A stretch of DNA of 61,332 nucleotides from a virus. Lineage: Duplodnaviria; Caudoviricetes. The DNA lies in the IMG/VR virus record IMGVR_UViG_3300017996_000001, positions 1 to 61,332 of that record; one strand, 5' to 3'. Under the pieces are notes generated by a model that was not told the origin of the DNA, made no database searches, and saw only the letters and a program-made list of their open reading frames with translations. Positions 55,741-61,332 of the stretch are shown piece after piece. The number at the start of each line of letters is the position of its first letter. Position 1 is the first letter of the stretch. Both the position numbers and the translations under genes were made by a program.

Positions 55741-56249
55741 TTGAGTGCCGCCAAGGTCGCTGCGCCGGTCGTGATGCCCGTCACCATGTTAAGCAGCGTT
55801 AACTTCTGGAAATTCGCTAAGGCTGCGCAGCCGGTCATGAGAGGAGAATTCGGCTGGAACGCCACGATCAGGTCAGTTCCGATCTCGATGTCAACCGCGA
55901 GATGAAGCTTCGGCATCTGGTCGGCGGTTGGAAGCGTCGCGATCTGATTCACGAAGGTAAGAATCGGCTGGAAGCACGCCACCGTCATCGTATCGGGCGG
56001 AACGGCAACCCCCGCGAGTTTGATCGCCATTGTCAAATCCGCCGCCGCATCGGCAGTAACCCACGCCCGAACCTTGTCGATCATCTGATCAATCGAGAGC
56101 GACTTGTTACCGGTTCCATTGAGGTTCAGCGGATCGAATGGGAGGGGGATAGGGAGGCCGGCGACAGGCACGGGTGGCACCAGGTCTTTCGCCAGCGCTG
56201 GCCCCATGGCGAGCGCAAGACCAAATCCAGCGGCAAGAATTCGTTTCAT
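55737..56249 (-). CDS. Exported helical protein in the lysis cassette
   Basis: MKRILAAGFGLALAMGPALA; two Cys; GGAGG RBS. Confidence 0.7.
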   Translation of the reverse strand: MKRILAAGFGLALAMGPALAKDLVPPVPVAGLPIPLPFDPLNLNGTGNKSLSIDQMIDKVRAWVTADAAADLTMAIKLAGVAVPPDTMTVACFQPILTFVNQIATLPTADQMPKLHLAVDIEIGTDLIVAFQPNSPLMTGCAALANFQKLTLLNMVTGITTGAATLAALK

Positions 56250-56250
56250 G

Positions 56251-57003
56251 TCATCCTCCAGAGATTGCGGTCATGTAGCCCTGCAGGGCACTGACATCGA
56301 TGCCGCCGGGCGACTTAGCATTCGCGATCCACGCCGCCGGCAGGACAGCGTGAACCTCGTCGCAATATTTCAGAAACCACGTCCATGTTGCTTTCTTGAG
56401 GACGCCCCAAGTGATTACGGTAATATAGGTCTCATCGTAATCAACTAAGACTATACAGTGGCCGCCCCATCCCCCAGGCTCGCTTCCCGGCCCAGCGACA
56501 TAATCCCAAATATCCTGCGTCTGTGCATTGAGAGGCAGGGCGACGCCCAGGTAAAGACCAGGGAACAAGAACGCTCCCTGCTTCACATGATCGACATTCT
56601 GCGGCTCGACGGTCGCATGGCCGATAAGGTGTCGGCCAAGAATCCCGTGCGTCTGCCAGAAGTTGAGCACATCAACCTCGACGCCGCCCCGGTCTGTCGA
56701 AGGATCGGCCGGATTGTACCCGGTCGATGCCGAATAGAAGGCGATGACGTTCGCGGTCGAGGGATTGAAGTGCCGCGCCGTTTCCATGGTCGCGATTTCT
56801 TCAAGATGATAGCACCCGGCGGCAGTACAGTCGCCAAGATTGTCATTCCCAAGCATTCCCCAATCGGAGCGCCCTTGGGACCATGAATGCGCTGCGGGGG
56901 CCGCTGGGACAATATCAGCAAGGACCGACATCATCCGAGGCACGCGGTCGTCGATGCGCGCAGGCAGCTTCCCCAGCTTCATGAGCGAATGATCCACAGA
57001 CAT
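56251..57003 (-). CDS. Papain-like (C1-type) cysteine peptidase
   Basis: MLGNDNLGDCTAAG, GGHCIVLVDYD, ITWG, YCDEVH. Confidence 0.75.
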   Translation of the reverse strand: MSVDHSLMKLGKLPARIDDRVPRMMSVLADIVPAAPAAHSWSQGRSDWGMLGNDNLGDCTAAGCYHLEEIATMETARHFNPSTANVIAFYSASTGYNPADPSTDRGGVEVDVLNFWQTHGILGRHLIGHATVEPQNVDHVKQGAFLFPGLYLGVALPLNAQTQDIWDYVAGPGSEPGGWGGHCIVLVDYDETYITVITWGVLKKATWTWFLKYCDEVHAVLPAAWIANAKSPGGIDVSALQGYMTAISGG

Positions 57004-57005
57004 GA

Positions 57006-57425
57006 CTAGGCTCCTTTTGCTGGAATTGCCGCACCCGGCGACTGGGCCTGCAGCTTGCCGATCTTGGATAGAATCAGGTCTGCCATCTCAGTCTCAGCTT
57101 TTTCCTGTGTAAAGCCGAGGGCACTAATCTCGTTTGGAATCTTAGCTATAGCTTCACGGGCTAAATCTGCAATTACCGGGTCTCGTAAGTCCACTACCAG
57201 ATTAGACAGCGTTCCCGCCTGGCTAGCCCACCATTTTTCCGCCGCAGCCTCGGCTGCTGAGTGAAAAATAGCCCAAAACTGGTTCAGCAGGTCAAAATCC
57301 TGCTTACTTAAGTGTTTACTGAGTACCTGATATAGCAAATGGCTCAGTATTCCTAGGACGATAGTAACCATCCCAGTCAAAATCTGAACCAAAATCGGCC
57401 CAATTAGCACCAGAGTATCATGCAT
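57006..57425 (-). CDS. Holin-like protein (N-terminal TM with helical tail)
   Basis: Immediately downstream of the endolysin; one TM helix. Confidence 0.6.
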   Translation of the reverse strand: MHDTLVLIGPILVQILTGMVTIVLGILSHLLYQVLSKHLSKQDFDLLNQFWAIFHSAAEAAAEKWWASQAGTLSNLVVDLRDPVIADLAREAIAKIPNEISALGFTQEKAETEMADLILSKIGKLQAQSPGAAIPAKGA

Positions 57426-57435
57426 GACAGGCTCC

Positions 57436-57861
57436 TTAGGTTAGAAATTGGGCTCTCTCGGCCTTTCGGCGCCCCAACAGTTCTGCTGGATGGTCCCAAA
57501 GCAGAAAATCGTCAGCAGCAGCGCCCACATTCCCCTGATTGAACATCTTCACCGTGCTAGAGCTGGCAAATCCACCAACTCCAATATTAAAGCATAGTGA
57601 GCAGTAGGCATCGAACTGATTTTGGCTCATTGGCAGCCTGACAGCTCGATTTACCTCAGCCATTGTCGGCCCAAGATCTTGGCGCAGGATCTGGATTGCA
57701 TAGTCTCGAGTCCAGACTATACCATTTGAGACCCTAGGAGGGCTCATCCTTCCAGTATGCCCTACTCCAATGGTCAAAATTCCCCTTGAGTCACGATAGG
57801 CCTTGAGTATCAGGCCCTCGCGCTGCACGATAGCTTCTAGTCCTGCTTGGCTGATTTCCAT
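57436..57861 (-). CDS. Endolysin, GH24 lysozyme
   Basis: REGLILKAYRDSRGILTIGVGH (E-8-D-5-T), QNQFDA, FNIG, RRKAE. Confidence 0.93.
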   Translation of the reverse strand: MEISQAGLEAIVQREGLILKAYRDSRGILTIGVGHTGRMSPPRVSNGIVWTRDYAIQILRQDLGPTMAEVNRAVRLPMSQNQFDAYCSLCFNIGVGGFASSSTVKMFNQGNVGAAADDFLLWDHPAELLGRRKAERAQFLT

Positions 57862-57877
57862 ATCAGTATACTCCTAG

Positions 57878-59473
57878 CTAAAGACCGCATGGTTTGGTGA
57901 TCAGGCCAGAATTTTCGTAGATCGTCGTTCCACTAACACTGAGATAGACGATGCCTTTGAGATAGGGCGGATAGTCAGGATCCGACGCACATGCCGTGCT
58001 CGGCGGCTGGTAGCCCTTCCCGCTCGATCCCGAGACTGTCGGCGTCAGGTCATAAATCGGCGTGTTCGCCGTCGCCGACGACCCGTTCCATCCCATGCAC
58101 GCGACCGTCGTCGCATAGCCAGAACAGTTCGGCGCGCTAACCCAATTCGTCAGCAGATCACTGACATTGTTGAACGCCGCGCTTTCGTAGGTGTTCGTGC
58201 CGTAGCTCTCGCCGCCATAGGCCGTCGCGCTGTCGGTCGTGTCGCAGGAGCCGGATACGCAAGAACCGGAGATCGCCCAGAAGATATTTTGCGAATTGGC
58301 CGGGCTTGACCCCTGGTTGCCAAAGTTCGTGCCGGGGACGTTGCTACCGACCAGCAGCGCGTAAAGGGTCACGGCAGAGCCGTTATTCCCTTGATGAGCG
58401 TAATTTGTCTGCGCGATATTGTTGTAGATGTATGTCGTCCAAGGAATAGCCGTGCCGCTGGAGTTGTTTGTGTTGATCTCGCCGGCCGATCCTGTTCCGA
58501 TGTCACCAGCATATTGATTATTTGCATAAAATGTATTGTTGTAAATCTTTATGACCGGATTGCTGCTGTTGAAATTCTGGTAGAAGTAGTTAAACCCATA
58601 CCGCGCATTGTCCCATGCAATATTGTTCTTGGCGATACCTTGGCCGGTGTAGCCATGAGCGTCCCACGTGTCGAACATGAAACCCTCGCCGTCCGTGGCG
58701 CAATGAACGAGGCCGGCATAAGAAAAATTCTGCGACCAAAAAACATGCGTGCCGGTCGTCGAGTCTCCGATGAAGTTGGCCGGCCCCGGGTCGTCGATCG
58801 CCGCGACGCAAATCGGATCATTGTTCGCGTTGACGGCAATCGACCCTACTACGGCAAACTCATCGATGCCGTTGCCGGGAACATTGTGGTTCTTGCCGCC
58901 ATCTCCCGTGCCAAATCCATCGTGACTATTTTCAGAAATGTCATTGATGAACGCGATGTAATGATATTGCGTCGTTCCGGTCGCGGTGGCGTCCGCCAAA
59001 TAGGCGTAGCCCGTTGCGCCGGCAACCCATCCTTCTACCGCCCAATTATTTGCGGCGATGTCGAAGACGTTTCCGCTGGCTCCGGTATCAGAGCATGCGA
59101 AAGCGGTTTGGCAAACAACCGTCGCGAAATAGACGCCGCCTGTCCCGTCTATGCCGCCGGTCGTCGATGGACAACTGGACGCGCTTGTCGTGATGGCCAG
59201 AGAGCCACTGTAGGTTCCCGACTGAGCAATGATCACATCACCGCAGTTTACGGCATGATTAGGCGTACACCATGGCCCTGTCGATCCAGAGCCATGAGTT
59301 GTCTCCTTGCCGTCGTAGGAATCGCTGCACCCGCTTGACGCCATGTAATAGGGCACATCGCCAGTCGGCAGCGAAAAGATCGTCTGCGGCGCCGTTCCGC
59401 TCACAAGAATTAGCGTGTTTCCTTGCAGCAGCAAGCAACAAAGAGCAACGAATATACCGGCTATCTTCTTCAA
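57878..59473 (-). CDS. Cys-rich parallel beta-helix (polysaccharide lyase-like) protein with hydrophobic N-terminus
   Basis: YYM...SD...G....PWCT, GDVIIA.SGTY, NNIAWDN, IYNNTFY.N, YNNIA. Confidence 0.72.
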   Translation of the reverse strand: MKKIAGIFVALCCLLLQGNTLILVSGTAPQTIFSLPTGDVPYYMASSGCSDSYDGKETTHGSGSTGPWCTPNHAVNCGDVIIAQSGTYSGSLAITTSASSCPSTTGGIDGTGGVYFATVVCQTAFACSDTGASGNVFDIAANNWAVEGWVAGATGYAYLADATATGTTQYHYIAFINDISENSHDGFGTGDGGKNHNVPGNGIDEFAVVGSIAVNANNDPICVAAIDDPGPANFIGDSTTGTHVFWSQNFSYAGLVHCATDGEGFMFDTWDAHGYTGQGIAKNNIAWDNARYGFNYFYQNFNSSNPVIKIYNNTFYANNQYAGDIGTGSAGEINTNNSSGTAIPWTTYIYNNIAQTNYAHQGNNGSAVTLYALLVGSNVPGTNFGNQGSSPANSQNIFWAISGSCVSGSCDTTDSATAYGGESYGTNTYESAAFNNVSDLLTNWVSAPNCSGYATTVACMGWNGSSATANTPIYDLTPTVSGSSGKGYQPPSTACASDPDYPPYLKGIVYLSVSGTTIYENSGLITKPCGL

Positions 59474-60222
59474 TTCCCGGCCCCCGTGGTCGACAAATTA
59501 TGCCTAACAGCGGCGCCGCCTGTCGGCTCGAAAGAGACAATGATCGCCGACACATACTGGCTCGCGCTGGTGCCCGAATAGGTTAGCGCGCTCGTCCCGC
59601 TGTTGGTCTGGTATGACGAAATGAAACTTCCAGAGAGAGCGGAGGGGGTATTCGGCGGAGCGGTGCTCCATGTCCCCGAACCAGTAACCGCGATGGTGCC
59701 TCCGTTCGCATAGGCCACGCCAAAATATAACTCATTGGCAACCGCCGCACTTCCATTACCAGTCACGGTCCATGTAGTAGCATACGCGTTTGAAGATGTC
59801 GTTGTTGCGGTGTCTAAAGTCGCATATCCTGTGGTATAGACCGGAGACAGCGAGATATAAGTCGCCTGCGCGCCATCGCTCGCGGTGAAAGTTATGGTGT
59901 CTGTGCCGCCGGTCAGCGCATGCGTCGTGACGCAATAAAATATCTCGATCCATGTGCTTGTCGAAATGACCTGTGTCGTGATTTGATGGTAGCCGCTGCA
60001 ATTTCCTTGGCTGTCAGTCACTGTGTCGCTGGCGGGCCCCGACGAACCGCCGTTGTAAACCGGGACAACGATTAGAGCGCCTGCCGGCACTGTGGTCGCG
60101 GCGGTGACAACCGAAGTCGCCGAGTTGAAAGTAGCGGTGTCGCCAATATTCGTCACCGCCGCCTGTGCAGCAGCGCACCAAAGGCCCGCAATGATCGCGA
60201 GAGAGGCTAGAAGGCGGCGCAT
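59470..60222 (-). CDS. Exported beta-rich protein
   Basis: MRRLLASLAIIAGLWCAAAQA; TVTDSQGN; TAATG coupling. Confidence 0.7.
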   Translation of the reverse strand: MRRLLASLAIIAGLWCAAAQAAVTNIGDTATFNSATSVVTAATTVPAGALIVVPVYNGGSSGPASDTVTDSQGNCSGYHQITTQVISTSTWIEIFYCVTTHALTGGTDTITFTASDGAQATYISLSPVYTTGYATLDTATTTSSNAYATTWTVTGNGSAAVANELYFGVAYANGGTIAVTGSGTWSTAPPNTPSALSGSFISSYQTNSGTSALTYSGTSASQYVSAIIVSFEPTGGAAVRHNLSTTGAGN

Positions 60223-61295
60223 TACTGCGTCACCCAGACGATAACGCCAGCCAGAGGTCCAGCAGCGGAGGTAATCAGACAAAGATCATCGTTCGCGGTG
60301 GCGGTGGCCGCAACGTGCTGAGTGCCTCCATTCATGACAAAGCCCTGATTTGCCGCGAAGTTGAACCCGTTCGCCGCCGTCGCGCCGCCGATGACGCCGG
60401 CCGCACTGGTACCGCATGTCGTCGCCGTCGTGCCCTCGATTACCGCGACATTGTTCGCGATGGCAGTGAAAAGCGTCAGGCTGCACACATAGATTTTCTT
60501 GGCCGAGACACCCGTCGCGATCTTCGTAGTTGTCGCAGAGGTCATGCTAATCGGCGTGGTCGTCTGCGCATTGCCGGCGCATGGATCGACTTGAGGAATG
60601 GCCACGTTCGTTCCGCTGAGGCCCGCGCCGACGACGCCATTGCTGCCTGTGAAGGCCGCGGCATTGGCAAATCCGGTGATCCCGCCGCCGGAAATATACG
60701 TATTAAGCGCATTCGCAGTCGAAGCGATGACGTTCCCCGAGCCATCGACCACTTGGGTTTTCTGGCTGGCGTTGGTTTGATTGGCAGAGGTCGCCAGCGC
60801 CGACGTGTTCAGGTTTGTGCCTGCGTTCGCCGTCACCGTTCCGCTAACTCCCCAAGTCGCGGCGGTCGTCGGGGCGACGAAGAGGCCGTTGGTCGCAGAT
60901 AAGACGCTGCCGCCCTGAAGCAGATTGCCGATATTGCCAGTGCCCGTGCCGAGGACGAAGGTTGCGCCAGTGCCCGGCGAGAAGAACAATGGGTTCCCCA
61001 CCGCATTCACCGCACCAGCGATCCAAGGCGTTGCGATCCATGGCCCCGAAGCCGCCGCGGCGCCCTGGTCCACGGTGAAGTTGTGATCGCTGCCGATCGC
61101 GAGACCGTTCGCGCCAGCCGAGTAATCCCAGAGGGAGAACTGCCCCAAGGAATTCCCGCCGCCGTTCGTGGTCGTCTGGTAGGTCGTGCAGCCAGCGGAA
61201 CATGGCGTTGCTGCGAATGTCCCCGATCCGGCCAGCGCAGGCGATCCTAGCCCGACTAGCGCGAGTGCAAGGCAAAGATACCTGAGCGCTTTCAT
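60222..61295 (-). CDS. Exported fibre/decoration-like protein
   Basis: MKALRYLCLALALVGLGSPALA; VSGTVTANAGTNLNTSALA shaft; C-terminal beta-domain KKIYVC. Confidence 0.72.
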   Translation of the reverse strand: MKALRYLCLALALVGLGSPALAGSGTFAATPCSAGCTTYQTTTNGGGNSLGQFSLWDYSAGANGLAIGSDHNFTVDQGAAAASGPWIATPWIAGAVNAVGNPLFFSPGTGATFVLGTGTGNIGNLLQGGSVLSATNGLFVAPTTAATWGVSGTVTANAGTNLNTSALATSANQTNASQKTQVVDGSGNVIASTANALNTYISGGGITGFANAAAFTGSNGVVGAGLSGTNVAIPQVDPCAGNAQTTTPISMTSATTTKIATGVSAKKIYVCSLTLFTAIANNVAVIEGTTATTCGTSAAGVIGGATAANGFNFAANQGFVMNGGTQHVAATATANDDLCLITSAAGPLAGVIVWVTQ

Positions 61296-61332
61296 TTCAA
61301 ATCACTCCTATGACGACGAGTTGGCATGAATA
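61210..61332. repeat. Terminal direct repeat, copy 2
   Basis: Identical to 1-123. Confidence 0.97.

Noticed and set aside
11969-57880. TAG stop-codon recoding
   Set aside because: TAG is common, but conserved genes are full length in the standard code and TAG stops are followed by RBS and start signals.
58391-59338. Long antisense ORFs (also 14783-15574 and 41621-42349)
   Set aside because: They are shadows of well-supported genes on the other strand in GC-rich DNA, with no recognisable motifs.
57878-61295. Host chromosomal DNA misassembled into the phage
   Set aside because: The genes are co-oriented and tightly coupled into the late operon, and several carry phage fibre-type motifs; read mapping would settle it.

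Overview
This window is an apparently complete, circularly assembled tailed-phage genome of about 61.2 kb (positions 1-123 are repeated exactly at 61210-61332). A + strand early/replication arm (about 11.97-31.88 kb) carries many small genes, a DUF6745-type pair, HIRAN, an SF1 helicase, a PD-(D/E)XK nuclease, an AAA ATPase, SSB, a ParB-methyltransferase fusion and a split family A polymerase with a UDG domain. A - strand late arm runs from a probable terS (10262) leftwards across the junction to 31879, and its core is a P22-like podovirus module (TerL, portal, scaffold, coat, adaptor, hub, ejection proteins). The most striking feature is the ~20 kb block between terS and terL. It holds about 11 genes with N-terminal Sec-type signal peptides, including a tail fibre and a P22-type tailspike where the signal peptide sits directly in front of the virion-anchoring domain; this suggests virion appendages that are exported and matured outside the cytoplasm. 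Other signals are a shared C-terminal (V/I)SxxDLG(I/L) tag on unrelated early proteins, a shared PVxHDP(F/W) tag on two post-portal proteins, a triple-hairpin leader before the coat gene, and relics of other phages' head genes. All domain calls come from motif recognition by eye and need HMM or structure confirmation. No integrase, repressor, primase, tRNA or CRISPR array was recognised.
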